Positions 28,383 to 39,910 of a stretch of DNA of 64,000 nucleotides are shown piece by piece. The notes under the pieces were generated by a model that was not told the DNA's origin, did no database searches, and saw nothing but the letters and a program-made list of their open reading frames with translations. Source of the stretch: Desulfomicrobium sp. (GTDB lineage Bacteria; Desulfobacterota; Desulfovibrionia; Desulfovibrionales; Desulfomicrobiaceae). Position 1 is the stretch's first letter; every line of letters starts with the position of its first letter. The DNA is taken from the NCBI GenBank assembly GCA_040768745.1, contig JAXGMI010000001.1, positions 416,001-480,000 of the forward strand, in the 5' to 3' direction. A program made the position numbers and the translations under genes.

Positions 28383-28783
28383 GGGTTTCCTCCTTCGAAG
28401 TTCATCCGGCTCCTATCCCACGCCGGGACGGCCCGTCCAGAGGGGGGTTCCAGGGAGAAAAACCGGCTGATTCCATTCCCGGGGTTCAAGAACCGGGGTG
28501 GCCAAAATCCAGGACGAGCTGTTGTCCGTGGTCCCAACACCTCCCTGAAAAAGCCCTCCCTGGCCGCGAACCCCGAGGATGGAGAAAAACCACCACGCAT
28601 GCATTGGCCCCCGCCGGTTCGTCCGCACGGGGGGGCGCCTTGCGGATGCACGTATCGATATCATTTTCCCGATGCCGGCCTTGATGCCCATGCCGGAGGC
28701 CACCGAAGGGAGAACCCGTGGACCACAAACCTCAGGGCAACAGGTATGGCGGCCATCTTCTCTGGAAATCGAGATGTCCGCCT

Positions 28784-29023
28784 TTATCCTCTCTTCACCT
28801 CCAAGGCGTCCTCGAAAAAGGCAGTCATCAAAAAATTCTTTCCCGCGATGTTCAACGTCTCCTCCTGTCCTGGAAAAAGCTCCATGACCGAGTTGAAACT
28901 GTCCCCCACAAAAATGGCCTTGGCTTCGCCATTGCTTTCCCAGCGGACCACAGTCCCGTCGTCGAGGGCGAGAAGTTCCCCGTCATGTAAGCGAACAGGC
29001 AGATCCTTTTCTGAATATTCCAT
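28784..29023 (-). CDS. Small hypothetical protein
   Basis: GGAGG RBS; acidic 79-aa beta-rich ORF MEYSEKDLPVRLHDGE... Confidence 0.7.
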   Translation of the reverse strand: MEYSEKDLPVRLHDGELLALDDGTVVRWESNGEAKAIFVGDSFNSVMELFPGQEETLNIAGKNFLMTAFFEDALEVKRG

Positions 29024-29222
29024 TGTGTACCTCCGCAATAGATTTTCAAAACACCACGAAATTTTGGGAAATCATAGCAAAGCGCAGGCCGGGGTCAAGG
29101 ACAGATGCGGATAATATTCGTGGGTCGGGACTGTCCCGGGCTTTCTTGACGTATGCAGGGATCACGCCTAGTGGCTCCTAGGCCATTTTGGCCTGAGGAT
29201 CCATGAATACAATGAGACGACG

Positions 29223-30818
29223 ATGAGCCAACTCGAAAAAGAGATACGCCACAATGTGGAGAATCGCCGGACCTTCGGCATTATCAGCCATCCCGACGCC
29301 GGCAAGACGACCTTGACCGAAAAACTCCTTCTTTTCGGCGGTGCCATCAACATGGCCGGCACGGTCAAGGCCCGCAAGGCCTCCCGCCACGCCACGTCGG
29401 ACTGGATGAAAATGGAGCAGGAACGCGGCATCTCCGTGACCACCTCGGTCATGAAGTTCGAGTACCGCGGCTATGACATCAATCTGCTGGACACTCCCGG
29501 CCACGAGGACTTCTCCGAAGACACCTACCGCGTCCTGACCGCCGTGGACTCGGCCCTGCTGGTCATCGACAGCGCCAAGGGCGTCGAGGCCCAGACCCGC
29601 AAGCTCATGGACGTCTGCCGCATGCGCAACACGCCCATCATGACCTTCATCAACAAGCTCGACCGCGACGGCCTGGAGCCCCTGGACGTCCTGGCCGACA
29701 TCGAGGAGCACCTGGGCATCGAGTGCGCCCCCCTGAGCTGGCCTATCGGCATGGGCAAGGGCTTCAAGGGCACCTACTCCATCTACAAGCGCCAGATCCA
29801 CCTCTTCTCGGCCACCCACGGCGGCCGCATCCAGCAGGGCGTGGTCATCGACGACGTGAACGACCCCAAGCTCGACGAACTGCTCGGCCTGCAGGCCCAG
29901 GACCTGCGCCGCGACCTGGAGCTGCTGGAGGGCGCCGGCAACCCCTTCTCCGTGGAGCGCTACCTGGCCGGGACCCAGACCCCGGTCTTCTTCGGCAGCG
30001 CCATCAACAATTTCGGCGTGCAGGAGATGCTCGACACCTTCGTCGAGCTGGCCCCCCACCCGCGCCCGCGCCCGGCCGTGACCCGCGAGGTCTCGCCCTT
30101 CGAGGAGGAGTTCTCGGGCGTGGTCTTCAAGATCCAGGCGAACATGGACAAGGCCCACCGCGACCGCATCGCCTTCCTGCGCATCTGCTCGGGCAAGTAC
30201 GTCAAGGGCATGAAGATCCGTCACCACCGCATCGGCAAGGACGTGCAGATATCAAACGCCACCATCTTCATGGCCCAGGACCGCACGGGCGTGGAGGAGG
30301 CTTATGCCGGCGATATCATCGGCCTGCACAATCACGGCACCATCCGCATCGGCGACACCTTCTCGACCAAGGAGGAGCTCAAGTTCACGGGCATCCCGAG
30401 TTTCGCGCCCGAGCATTTCCGCAAGGTCATCCTGAAGAGCCCGCTGAAGGCCAAGCAGTTGCAGAAGGGCCTGGAGCAGTTGGCCGAGGAGGGCGCCGTG
30501 CAGGTCTTCAGGCCCATGATCGGCAACGACTACATCCTGGGCGCCGTAGGCGTGCTGCAGTTTGACGTCATCGTTTCGCGTCTTAAAGATGAGTATGCAG
30601 TGGACGCCATCTACACCCCGGTCAACCTCTCGGCCGCGCGCTGGGTCCACTGCGACGACAAGCCCCTGCTCGGCCGTTTCCAGAAGGACCTGCTCCACTC
30701 CCTGTCCACAGACTCCGAGGGCAACCTCGCCCTGCTGGTGGACAGCGCCTGGCGCCTGGAATACATCATGGAACAGTGGCCGGACATCACCTTCCACTCC
30801 ACGCGGGAAAAGAACTGA
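29223..30818 (+). CDS. prfC: Peptide chain release factor 3
   Basis: [49 protein letters not shown]. Confidence 0.97.
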   Translation: MSQLEKEIRHNVENRRTFGIISHPDAGKTTLTEKLLLFGGAINMAGTVKARKASRHATSDWMKMEQERGISVTTSVMKFEYRGYDINLLDTPGHEDFSEDTYRVLTAVDSALLVIDSAKGVEAQTRKLMDVCRMRNTPIMTFINKLDRDGLEPLDVLADIEEHLGIECAPLSWPIGMGKGFKGTYSIYKRQIHLFSATHGGRIQQGVVIDDVNDPKLDELLGLQAQDLRRDLELLEGAGNPFSVERYLAGTQTPVFFGSAINNFGVQEMLDTFVELAPHPRPRPAVTREVSPFEEEFSGVVFKIQANMDKAHRDRIAFLRICSGKYVKGMKIRHHRIGKDVQISNATIFMAQDRTGVEEAYAGDIIGLHNHGTIRIGDTFSTKEELKFTGIPSFAPEHFRKVILKSPLKAKQLQKGLEQLAEEGAVQVFRPMIGNDYILGAVGVLQFDVIVSRLKDEYAVDAIYTPVNLSAARWVHCDDKPLLGRFQKDLLHSLSTDSEGNLALLVDSAWRLEYIMEQWPDITFHSTREKN

Positions 30819-30829
30819 CCCGGGGGAAC

Positions 30830-31720
30830 ATGGCCCTTCTCTTCACTTTTCTTCTTCTCCTTCTCCTCCCCCAGGACGCCCTGGCCTGGGGACCAGGGGT
30901 ACACATGGCCATCGGCAACAACGTCCTGGCCCACCTGCACCTCTTCGCCCCGGCCCTGGCCGGGGCGTTGACCGCCCACCCCGAGCAGTACCTGTACGGC
31001 TGCCTCTCAGCCGACATCTTCATCGGCAAAGGATGCACGTTCACGCCGACCCACTCCCACAACTGGGACATGGGACGGGTTCTGCTGCGCCAGGCCGAGA
31101 GCCCCGAGGCCCAGGCATACGCCTACGGCTATCTCTCCCATTTGGCGGCAGACGTCATCGCCCACAACTACTTCGTGCCCAACATGCTCGGCTTCTCGGC
31201 CGGACGGGGCAAATTCGCCCACACCTATGTGGAGATGCTCGCGGACCTGCAGGTCGAATGCCCACGCAAGCAGGCCTCGCGCATCTTTCGCCTGCCGCAC
31301 CCCGACGCCGATGACACGCTGGTGGCGACCATGGGACAAAAAAAAATCCCGTTCTTCATCAAGAAGCGCATCTACCGCCAGAGCCTGAGGCTGGTGGAGA
31401 AGCGCACATACAAGAACTCCCTGCGCGTCTTCCGTGACCTGCTGCCGTTTTCGAGCAAGAAGGTCTTCATCTCCGAGGCCATTTCCTATGCCCAGGACCT
31501 GGTCTTCGATCTTCTGCAGCATCCCATGCGCTCACCGGTTCTGGAATGCGACCCTATCGGCAGCTCGAACCTGAGCCAGATCCGCCGCTTCCAGCGCAGG
31601 CAGCGCCTCTACTATACCCAGCACGGCCAGGGGATCATCTTCCCCCTGGACAGCCGACTTGAACCCTGCCTGCACACATCGGGAGAATCGTATGCGCACC
31701 TTTCTCGCTTTTCTGCGTGA
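30830..31720 (+). CDS. Zinc-dependent phospholipase C family protein
   Basis: Signal peptide then AWGPGVH, AD, SHNW, YGYLSHLAADVIAHNYFVP, H..VE zinc ligands. Confidence 0.8.
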   Translation: MALLFTFLLLLLLPQDALAWGPGVHMAIGNNVLAHLHLFAPALAGALTAHPEQYLYGCLSADIFIGKGCTFTPTHSHNWDMGRVLLRQAESPEAQAYAYGYLSHLAADVIAHNYFVPNMLGFSAGRGKFAHTYVEMLADLQVECPRKQASRIFRLPHPDADDTLVATMGQKKIPFFIKKRIYRQSLRLVEKRTYKNSLRVFRDLLPFSSKKVFISEAISYAQDLVFDLLQHPMRSPVLECDPIGSSNLSQIRRFQRRQRLYYTQHGQGIIFPLDSRLEPCLHTSGESYAHLSRFSA

Positions 31721-32051
31721 CCGCATCACGCTGGTCAAGGACACGGAAAAAGAGGCCCTCAGTCTCTTGCACGAGGGTGGAGACGAAAAGGGATACCGGG
31801 AGGCCATGCGCCGCAAGGCCATGATTCTGGCCAACCTCTCTGCCGACGCGGCACCGCTCCTCCCCGGAGTGCCCATGGGCAAGCGTCCCATGATCGAGCA
31901 CCGCCTGGACGTGTTCTCCCAGAGCGCCCAACGCAGCCTGGACATCGGCAGCGTCTTCTACATGTCCGCCCTGCTCTATCCTGACGACCATCAGCCCGGA
32001 CAACCCAACACCTTGGAAGTCTTTCTCGCGGACCTTGAACGCGACAGATAG
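31692..32051 (+). CDS. Conserved hypothetical protein
   Basis: GGAGA RBS; SVFYMSALLYPDDH.PG.PN motif; sits in an operon context. Confidence 0.7.
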   Translation: MRTFLAFLRDRITLVKDTEKEALSLLHEGGDEKGYREAMRRKAMILANLSADAAPLLPGVPMGKRPMIEHRLDVFSQSAQRSLDIGSVFYMSALLYPDDHQPGQPNTLEVFLADLERDR

Positions 32052-32081
32052 TTTCTCCAACCACATACCCAAGGATCTACC

Positions 32082-32507
32082 ATGACACTTGCAGAGGGAA
32101 CCAGGGTCCTGGTTCATTACACCGGAACACTTGACGACGGGACGCAGTTCGACTCTTCCCGGGGGCGCGAACCCCTGGAAGTTATTCTGGGCCAGAATAT
32201 GGTCATTCCAGGCTTTGAACAGGCCATTGTCGGGATGGACGTCGGACAGACAGTGACCGTGACCATCGCCGAAGAACATGCCTACGGGCCCCACAACGAG
32301 GAGATGGTCATCCGTGTTCCCAAAACCTCCTTTCCCCCCGAAATCAAGGTCGCGGTCGGAGAGCAGCTCATCCTGCGTTCTCCAGAAGGGCACGAAGTTC
32401 CCGCCCTCATCGTGGACGTGAACGAGGAAGACGCCACCCTGGACGCCAACCACCCCCTGGCCGGCTTTGCCCTGACGTTCGAGATCGAGCTGATCAGCGT
32501 GGGCTAG
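32082..32507 (+). CDS. FKBP-type peptidyl-prolyl isomerase (SlyD/SlpA-like)
   Basis: VHYTGTLDDGTQFDSS, IPGFE, AYG, DANHPLAG. Confidence 0.92.
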   Translation: MTLAEGTRVLVHYTGTLDDGTQFDSSRGREPLEVILGQNMVIPGFEQAIVGMDVGQTVTVTIAEEHAYGPHNEEMVIRVPKTSFPPEIKVAVGEQLILRSPEGHEVPALIVDVNEEDATLDANHPLAGFALTFEIELISVG

Positions 32508-32762
32508 GGGTTGCGCAACAAGACCTCGAGCCCGTGTTCTGGTTGACGCTCCTGCCCATAAGGGCATCACGATGCCTTGCTTCGCGAAGACTCCTTGCGA
32601 TGACGCCCTTTCTTCCGTCGATTGCGAGGAGTCTTTGACGGGCAGAGGTGTTCTTCAACCCCAGCCGGTCCCGAGCCCAGCAAAAAAGGGACCCGGCGCC
32701 ATGCCGAAATCCCTTATCCCTTTTCAAACCCCAACCCGTTACACAGGCAAAGCACCCCGTCC

Positions 32763-34919
32763 CTAGCCCGTGGCGAATCTGGTCACCTCGTGCACCGACT
32801 CCAGTTTGCGCAGCTTCTCGATGATCCCGTAGAGCTGCGTGGTGGTCTTGACCTCGATCACGAAATCCATCTCCGACATGCCGTCCACACTGGAATTGAA
32901 CTGACCGGAGTCGATATTGACTCCTTCCTTGGCCAGCAGCCCGGTAATCTGACTGAGCATCCCGCGCTCGTTCTTGCAGATGACCCTGATCCGGGCCGGC
33001 AATACCTTGGATTCTTCCTGTCCACCCCAACTCACGTCCAGGAGCCGCTCCACCTCCATGTTGGCCACATTGGGACAGTCCTGGGTATGGATGGTCACGC
33101 CCAACCCTCGGCTGATGTACCCGACGATGGGGTCCCCCGGCAGCGGGTTGCAGCACTGGGCGTAGCGGATGAGCACATCATCCACGCCCTTGATGAAGAT
33201 GGCGTCGTTCTTGTCCTTGGACTTGGCCGGAGCTTGTGCCCCTGAGCGATCCTGGGGTTTGCGCTCTTCGGCTTTCTGTTCTTCTTTGGGAAGCAGTTTC
33301 CTGAGCACCTGCTTGGGAGTGATGCGGCCATGACCCACTGCAGAAAAAAGGTCGTCTACCTGCCGGAAGGAAAACTCGCGGACCACGGGCTCGAATTCCC
33401 CATTCTTCAACGCCTTGGAGACATTCACCCCCATGCGGCGACCTTCCTTCTCCAGCAGTTCGCGGGCCAGGGTCAGGCTGCGGGCCCGCTCTTCCGTCCC
33501 GATCCAGTGCTTGATCCTGGATCTGGCCTTGCCGGATTTGACGAAGTGCAGCCAATCCCGGCTCGGACTGCGGGAGGCGTCGGTGATGATCTCCACGGTG
33601 TCCCCATTCTTGAGCGCGGTATTGAGGGGGACAATACGGCCATTGACCTTGGCCCCGGCGCAGTGGTTCCCGACCTCTGTGTGGATCGTATAGGCGAAAT
33701 CCACAGGTGTGGACCCCTCGGGCAGTTCCTTGACCTGACCCTTGGGGGTGAAAGCGTAGACCTCGTCCTGGGAGAGATCCAGGCTCAGGGTGGACATGAA
33801 GTCACGCGAGTCCTTCAGGTCGCCCTGCCAATCCAGGATCTGCCGCAGCCAGCTGAACCGGTCCGCCTCCTGCGCCTTCTTGCTGCCCTGTTCCTTGTAG
33901 GCCCAATGGGCGGCCACCCCGTTTTCGGCCAGCTGGTGCATTTCCTCGGTACGGATCTGAATCTCAATGCGTTCGCCATCCGGCCCGATGACCGTGGAGT
34001 GCAGGCTCTGGTACATGTTGGCCTTGGGCATGGAGATGTAGTCCTTGAACTTGCCCGGCACGGGTTTCCACAGGGAATGGACCAGCCCCAGCACGGTGTA
34101 GCACTCGCGCAGGTTGTTCACGACGACCCGGAAGGCGATCATGTCAAAGACCTGGTCCAGGGTCAGACCGCGCTGCTTCATTTTGTGGTAGATTGAGTAG
34201 ACATGCTTGACCCGGCCCTTGACCCGGCCCTTGATGTCATTCTCCTCCAGCACGGTCTGGATCATGGCGCAGACCTTGTCGATATAGGCCTGCCCCTGCT
34301 GCTCATAACGGTCAATGCCTTCGGAAATCTGGGCGTATACGTCGGGTTTCAGATACCTGAGGCTCTGGTTCTCCAGCTGCACCTTGATGCGATAAAGGCC
34401 CAGACGGTTGGCCAGGGGGGCGTAGATGCCCAGGGTCTCCTGGGCAATGGCCCGCTGCTTGTATTCTTTCTGGAACTCCAAGGTGGAAATGTTATGCAAC
34501 CTGTCGGCCAGCTTGACCAGCAGAACCCGTATATCGTCGGCCATGGCCAGGATCATCTTGCGGATATTCTCGGCCTGGGCCTGTTCCTTGGACTCGAAAT
34601 TCATCTTGCTGATCTTGGTCACGCCTTCGACAATGGCCGCCACATCGGGTCCGAACTGATTGGAAATCTGAACAATGGAGGCTTCAGTGTCCTCAACCGT
34701 GTCATGCAGCAGTCCTGCAGCAATGGTCGCCGCATCCAGACGCAAATCCGCCAGGATATGGCTGACCTCCAGTGGGTGGGAAAGGTAGGGTTCCCCTGAA
34801 AGACGGATCTGGCCGGCATGGGCCGCCGCTGAGAAGACGTAGGCCTTCTGCACCAGGGCCACGTCGGAGGCTGGAAGATAGGCGGATGCCTGGTCCAGAA
34901 TATCTGTGATGCGAATCAT
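32763..34919 (-). CDS. spoT: Bifunctional (p)ppGpp synthetase/hydrolase RelA/SpoT
   Basis: HD hydrolase LLHDTVED, KLADRLHN, synthetase YQSLH/EIQIRT, TGS DFAYTIHT, CC zinc finger and ACT domain. Confidence 0.93.
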   Translation of the reverse strand: MIRITDILDQASAYLPASDVALVQKAYVFSAAAHAGQIRLSGEPYLSHPLEVSHILADLRLDAATIAAGLLHDTVEDTEASIVQISNQFGPDVAAIVEGVTKISKMNFESKEQAQAENIRKMILAMADDIRVLLVKLADRLHNISTLEFQKEYKQRAIAQETLGIYAPLANRLGLYRIKVQLENQSLRYLKPDVYAQISEGIDRYEQQGQAYIDKVCAMIQTVLEENDIKGRVKGRVKHVYSIYHKMKQRGLTLDQVFDMIAFRVVVNNLRECYTVLGLVHSLWKPVPGKFKDYISMPKANMYQSLHSTVIGPDGERIEIQIRTEEMHQLAENGVAAHWAYKEQGSKKAQEADRFSWLRQILDWQGDLKDSRDFMSTLSLDLSQDEVYAFTPKGQVKELPEGSTPVDFAYTIHTEVGNHCAGAKVNGRIVPLNTALKNGDTVEIITDASRSPSRDWLHFVKSGKARSRIKHWIGTEERARSLTLARELLEKEGRRMGVNVSKALKNGEFEPVVREFSFRQVDDLFSAVGHGRITPKQVLRKLLPKEEQKAEERKPQDRSGAQAPAKSKDKNDAIFIKGVDDVLIRYAQCCNPLPGDPIVGYISRGLGVTIHTQDCPNVANMEVERLLDVSWGGQEESKVLPARIRVICKNERGMLSQITGLLAKEGVNIDSGQFNSSVDGMSEMDFVIEVKTTTQLYGIIEKLRKLESVHEVTRFATG

Positions 34920-35208
34920 GCTTATCCTGTGAGTTCGGGAAGATGGCTCCGATGTTCCACCCTGAAATTGGCCCTCGGGCATCAAAAAGTCAACTTCTCT
35001 TTGAAACGGCCCTGCCCCAGTACAGATCCCCACACCGCTGCGGCGTGAAAATCGGGACATGGCCATAAAAATATCCCAGCCCCTTGATAAAGAATTGTGA
35101 TTTGATTAAATGGTTCTATTGTGTCATCCCGCGCTCCGCGCTGAACACGCGTCGCGGAAAAAGACCTTTCTGGCCGTCCTGCGATTTCCATGGAGCTGAA
35201 AGCAATAC

Positions 35209-38200
35209 ATGTCCCACACTGTTGAAGAACGCGTCCAACGCATCCTGAACACCTTTATGTCGGAAAACATCCCCGAACACATCCGCGACGGGGCCCAATA
35301 CCTGATCGCCGGTGGCGGCATCCAGAAAATCGACGTCCGCCGGGATGAAGAATCCTGGGACGTGGAGGGCCAGATCCAGGGGGACGATTTCCAGACCTAT
35401 ACTTCGGAACTGGGCATCGACCTGGGCCACGGCAGCATCCATTCCTACTGCAACTGCGAGGACTCCTTTTCCGGGATTTGCCGGCACGTGGCGGCCATGG
35501 CCATGGACCTTGCAGCCAGGCTCGACGTCAAACACGAGGCTGAGCCCCAGCCCCTCAAATCGGAATGGAAACACAGCTTCCGCTCGTTCTTTTCCACTGC
35601 CCTGGAGCCGGAACCGGGACAGCATTATTTCATATTCCGGTTCTTTGCCGAACCTGGGCGATTGCTGGTGGAATTCTTCCGCGCCCGTCAGAACAAGTCA
35701 GGGTTGTCCACGGTGCAGAATCCTGTGTCCCTGGAGCAGATCATCCGCAACCCGGACTGGTGTGAAATATCCCCTGACCTGCCGAAAGTCAGCGAGCAGA
35801 TCGGCCAGTACCTGGATTACTACGGACACCGGGTGGAGATACCCTTCGGCCTGATGACGTGGTTCTTCTGGGCCATCAAAAACGAATATTACCAACTCTG
35901 GGAAGAGACCGAGCAACCCGTACGCATTGAAAGCACACCCATGCGTCTGCAGTTGCGGCCCAAATTCACCGAGGAGGGCCTGTCCTTCGACATCATGCTT
36001 GGCCGCGAAGGCAAGGTACCCTTCTCGATCCTGAACCAGAAAGTGAGTTTTTACGGACAAATCCCGCTCTGGGTCTGCCTGAAACACAGTTTCTACCCTG
36101 TTCAGACGGGCCTGCGCCCCAGTCTCATCCAGGAGCTGGTCACGGCTCCACCGGTCATCCCCCACGCGGATATCTCAGAATTTCTGGACAGGGTCTGGAC
36201 CCAGATTCCCGCTTCCGACCTTCACGGGCAGGATGAATTTCTTGAACGCATGCAGCCCATTTTCGTACCCGCCGCGTACAACCCCAAGCTCTTCCTCAAC
36301 GAAGAAGGCAGCCTGCTGACCCTTGAAATCCAGAACATCTACGAAACCGAGCACGGAGACATCTTTCTGCCCGGCCCGAACCAGGATCTGCAGACCGGCA
36401 GCTACCAGTTCGAAGGCAAATCCTTTCTCATCCGTCGCGATCAGGAGGAGGAGGAGACCCTGCTGACCACTCTCGTGGACATGAACTTCCAACCCAGAAA
36501 CAATGCCATCTGGTTCCTGGAACCGGAGGAGGCCATCACCTTCCTGCTGGATTCCTATCCCAAGCTCGTCGAAGCCTACCGGGTGTACGGCGAGAAGGAT
36601 CTGACCCGCTACAAGGTCCGGCTCACCTCTCCCAACGTCGTGGCCACGGTGGAGACCCAGGAAGAAGACAAGTGGTTCAACCTGGAGATCAATGTCCAGT
36701 ACGACGATATCTCCGTGCCCATCGACAAGATCTGGAAGGCCTGGACCCAGGGCAAGCGCTATGTCCAGCTCAAGGACGGATCCTATACCAGCCTCCCTGA
36801 ATCATGGCTGGAGAAGCTTGGACATAAGCTCGTCGCCCTGGGGCTCGATCCGGAGAAGCCCCCCAAGAAACGGTTTGAAAACTTCGAAGCCCCGGTCCTG
36901 GATAAAATCCTGGAGGACATCCCTGAAACCACCTCGGACGGCTTCTGGGACACATTGCGTGAAAAAATAAATGATTTCAAAGAAATAGAACAAATTTCCG
37001 CGCCCAGGCACTTGAATGCCACCCTCCGCCCCTACCAGCTTCAGGGCATGAGTTACATGAACTTCCTGCGCGAATACCATTTTGGCGGAATCCTGGCCGA
37101 CGAGATGGGCCTGGGCAAAACCATCCAGACCCTGTCCTTCCTGCAATACATGAAGGAGAAAGGGAACAAGGGCCCAAACCTCATCATCGTCCCCACCTCG
37201 GTATTGCCCAACTGGGAACGCGAGGCCCAGAAATTCGTGCCGGACATGAAGCGGCTTGTCATCTACGGGGCCCGGCGCGAAAACCTGTTCAAGAAGATCG
37301 AATCCTCGGAACTCATTATCACGACCTATGCCCTGTTGCGCCGGGACCTGGATGAATTGCTCAAATTCGAGTTCAATGCCATCATTCTGGATGAAGCCCA
37401 GAACATCAAGAACCCGAACACCATAACGGCCAGGAGCGTTCGCAAGATGCAGGCCCGTTTCAGGCTCTGCCTGTCAGGTACGCCTATCGAGAACACCCTG
37501 CTGGAACTGTGGTCCCTGTTCGAATTCCTCATGCCGGGTTTCCTGGGCTCCCAGGCGTCTTTCCAGAAAGGTTTTGTCAAGCCCATCAAGGACGGTGACG
37601 ACGACAGCCTGGGCTACCTCAAGGCCCGGGTCAAACCCTTCATCCTGCGCCGGACAAAGAATAAAGTGGCCAAGGATCTGCCGCCCAAGGTGGAAAACAT
37701 CTACTACTCCGCCCTGCTGGACGACCAGATGGAACTCTATGCGGCCCTGGCCAAGAAGCTCAAAGAGCAGGTTCTGCAGGACGTGGACGAGAAAGGCATC
37801 GGCCAGAGCCAGATCTCCATTCTGGACGCATTGCTCAAGCTCCGGCAGATCTGCTGCCACCCGAGACTCCTCAAGCTTGACATGCCTGGCCTCCATCCCA
37901 ATTTGTCCTCGGGCAAGTTCGAGGCCTTCAAGGATCTGGTCACTTCCATTATCGACGACGGGCACAAGGTCCTGGTCTTCTCTCAATTTGTGCAGATGCT
38001 GCACATCATCCGCAACTGGCTGAACATGGTCGAAATTCCTTTCTGCTATTTGGACGGCACCTCCAAGGACCGCTTCGAACAGGTGGACAAGTTCAACAAT
38101 ACACCCGAGATCCCCATCTTCCTCATTTCCCTCAAGGCTGGCGGGACCGGGCTCAACCTGACTTCGGCAGACTATGTCATCCATTACGACCCGTGGTGGA

Positions 38201-38415
38201 ACCCGGCCGTAGAGGACCAGGCCACTGACCGCACCCATCGAATTGGTCAGACCCGCCAGGTCTTTTCCTACAAGATGATCTGCGAGAATACGGTGGAGGA
38301 AAAGATCCTGAAACTCCAGGAATCCAAGAAAGGCATCGCCGATTCGATCATACCGGGCCAGTCGGCCTGGAAGAGCCTGACCCGCTCGGACCTGGAGATG
38401 CTGTTCGAGGTCTAA
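35209..38415 (+). CDS. SNF2-family helicase with N-terminal SWIM zinc finger
   Basis: CNC...CRH SWIM motif; LADEMGLGKT, DEAQ, SGTPIEN, QATDRTHRIGQ. Confidence 0.93.
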   Translation: MSHTVEERVQRILNTFMSENIPEHIRDGAQYLIAGGGIQKIDVRRDEESWDVEGQIQGDDFQTYTSELGIDLGHGSIHSYCNCEDSFSGICRHVAAMAMDLAARLDVKHEAEPQPLKSEWKHSFRSFFSTALEPEPGQHYFIFRFFAEPGRLLVEFFRARQNKSGLSTVQNPVSLEQIIRNPDWCEISPDLPKVSEQIGQYLDYYGHRVEIPFGLMTWFFWAIKNEYYQLWEETEQPVRIESTPMRLQLRPKFTEEGLSFDIMLGREGKVPFSILNQKVSFYGQIPLWVCLKHSFYPVQTGLRPSLIQELVTAPPVIPHADISEFLDRVWTQIPASDLHGQDEFLERMQPIFVPAAYNPKLFLNEEGSLLTLEIQNIYETEHGDIFLPGPNQDLQTGSYQFEGKSFLIRRDQEEEETLLTTLVDMNFQPRNNAIWFLEPEEAITFLLDSYPKLVEAYRVYGEKDLTRYKVRLTSPNVVATVETQEEDKWFNLEINVQYDDISVPIDKIWKAWTQGKRYVQLKDGSYTSLPESWLEKLGHKLVALGLDPEKPPKKRFENFEAPVLDKILEDIPETTSDGFWDTLREKINDFKEIEQISAPRHLNATLRPYQLQGMSYMNFLREYHFGGILADEMGLGKTIQTLSFLQYMKEKGNKGPNLIIVPTSVLPNWEREAQKFVPDMKRLVIYGARRENLFKKIESSELIITTYALLRRDLDELLKFEFNAIILDEAQNIKNPNTITARSVRKMQARFRLCLSGTPIENTLLELWSLFEFLMPGFLGSQASFQKGFVKPIKDGDDDSLGYLKARVKPFILRRTKNKVAKDLPPKVENIYYSALLDDQMELYAALAKKLKEQVLQDVDEKGIGQSQISILDALLKLRQICCHPRLLKLDMPGLHPNLSSGKFEAFKDLVTSIIDDGHKVLVFSQFVQMLHIIRNWLNMVEIPFCYLDGTSKDRFEQVDKFNNTPEIPIFLISLKAGGTGLNLTSADYVIHYDPWWNPAVEDQATDRTHRIGQTRQVFSYKMICENTVEEKILKLQESKKGIADSIIPGQSAWKSLTRSDLEMLFEV

Positions 38416-38474
38416 CACCAGATTGCATGCAAAGCGGGGAGATGGCATGCCTCTTTCCCCGATTTTCGGAAAAC

Positions 38475-38849
38475 ATGTACCTGCTCGCCGCCAACCTGGT
38501 TCTTCTCCTGCACCTTGCCTTCATCTGCCTGGTCGCTGTCGGCGGACTGATCGCGATGCGCTTCCCGCGCTTCGCCTTCATACACATCCCTTCCGCCATC
38601 TGGGGATTTCTGGTGGAAGCCTTTGGATGGTACTGTCCGTTGACAGAACTGGAAACCACCTTCCTGCGCCGGGCCGCAGAAACCGGATATGAGTCAGGCT
38701 TTCTCGGGCACTATCTGATGGCCGCAATCTACCCTGCAGGCCTGACCCGGCAAACCCAGATTTTCCTGGCCGCAGCCCTCGTCGGGCTCAATGTGGGCCT
38801 CTACGGATTGATGCTGTACCGGCGTACACAACGCGGTGCACGGTCGTGA
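38475..38849 (+). CDS. DUF2784 family membrane protein
   Basis: LHLAFI, HIP...WG, CPLTELE..LR..A, GF..HY..IYP motifs. Confidence 0.8.
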   Translation: MYLLAANLVLLLHLAFICLVAVGGLIAMRFPRFAFIHIPSAIWGFLVEAFGWYCPLTELETTFLRRAAETGYESGFLGHYLMAAIYPAGLTRQTQIFLAAALVGLNVGLYGLMLYRRTQRGARS

Positions 38850-38916
38850 ACAAATTCGGGCACTGATCCATCCCAGGGTCATGGTCTGCAAACCGCGCCA
38901 AACCGTGCATCCCCTT

Positions 38917-39777
38917 TCACCCGCGCGGTTGATCTTTAAGCAGGGATTGCAGCACGGCATGGGTCCGGGCCGGATAATCGGTGATAATGGCCGTGGCTCC
39001 GTCCCGGACCATCCGGAGGATGTCGCCAGCCTGGTTCACCGTGTAGACATTGACGTCAAATCCCCCTGCACGGATGTCGTGGATCCTGCCTGCCCAGAGG
39101 CCTCCCAGGGAAGGATGCAGGGCCTTGGCTTCCAGATCCTTCAACCGGACAAGGATTTCTTGGGTGGGAAGCCGCAGTGCGGTCTCATCCATCAGAAGTC
39201 CGACGGGCACCTGCGGGCAAAGGGTCCGAAAATACTCCAGGGATTTCTGCCGAAACGAGGAGACCAGCACGTGCCGGAAGGCTCCCGTTTTTTTGATCTC
39301 GGCGGCCACCCCTCTGACCAGACCGCGATCATCCCCGCCGAGCATGTCCTTGACCTCGACATTGGCGAAAAACCCTGCCCCAAGAGTCCAGGACAGGGCC
39401 TCGGCCAGGGTTGGGATGGTTTCCCCTGCAAAATATTTCAGGTCCTCCGCACCCACCTGTCCGCTGGCCACGGTTCCAAATGGATCCCGCCGCGCAAACC
39501 AACTGCCGGCGTCCAATCGGCGAATCTGATCAAGACTCAAGTGACTGACAAGGTGCTTGGGGCGTGGCGGCATGTCAGGCAACCCGGCGATATTCGTCAC
39601 CCTGCGCAAGCCCTGATCATGGGCGACAACGATGGCACCATCGCGGGTGATGCGCACGTCCAGCTCCCAGCCATGCGCCCCTTGGGCCAAAGCGGCCCTG
39701 GCTGCGGCTAAGGTATTCTCAGGAGCAACGCTCCGGGCTCCGCGGTGAGCCCAGACTTCGGGGACGACTGCCAGCAT
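38917..39777 (-). CDS. Glycerophosphodiester phosphodiesterase
   Basis: WAHRGA...PENT, ELDV, HD, IPTLAE, NVEVK, YTVN, IITDYP. Confidence 0.9.
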   Translation of the reverse strand: MLAVVPEVWAHRGARSVAPENTLAAARAALAQGAHGWELDVRITRDGAIVVAHDQGLRRVTNIAGLPDMPPRPKHLVSHLSLDQIRRLDAGSWFARRDPFGTVASGQVGAEDLKYFAGETIPTLAEALSWTLGAGFFANVEVKDMLGGDDRGLVRGVAAEIKKTGAFRHVLVSSFRQKSLEYFRTLCPQVPVGLLMDETALRLPTQEILVRLKDLEAKALHPSLGGLWAGRIHDIRAGGFDVNVYTVNQAGDILRMVRDGATAIITDYPARTHAVLQSLLKDQPRG

Positions 39778-39910
39778 GGTCTGCTCCAACCCGGTCGAAG
39801 GGGAAACGGCCCTGAGCCCCACGGCGACAATCCCGCAAAGGCTGACACACCCTGAACAGCAGCACAGACTGGCTGTGGATGCACGTGTCAGGACCTGGCC
39901 ACCTTCATTA

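Noticed and set aside
28383..28783. 400-bp intergenic region with several short ORFs
   Set aside because: I could not identify a convincing RBS, motif, repeat or RNA structure.
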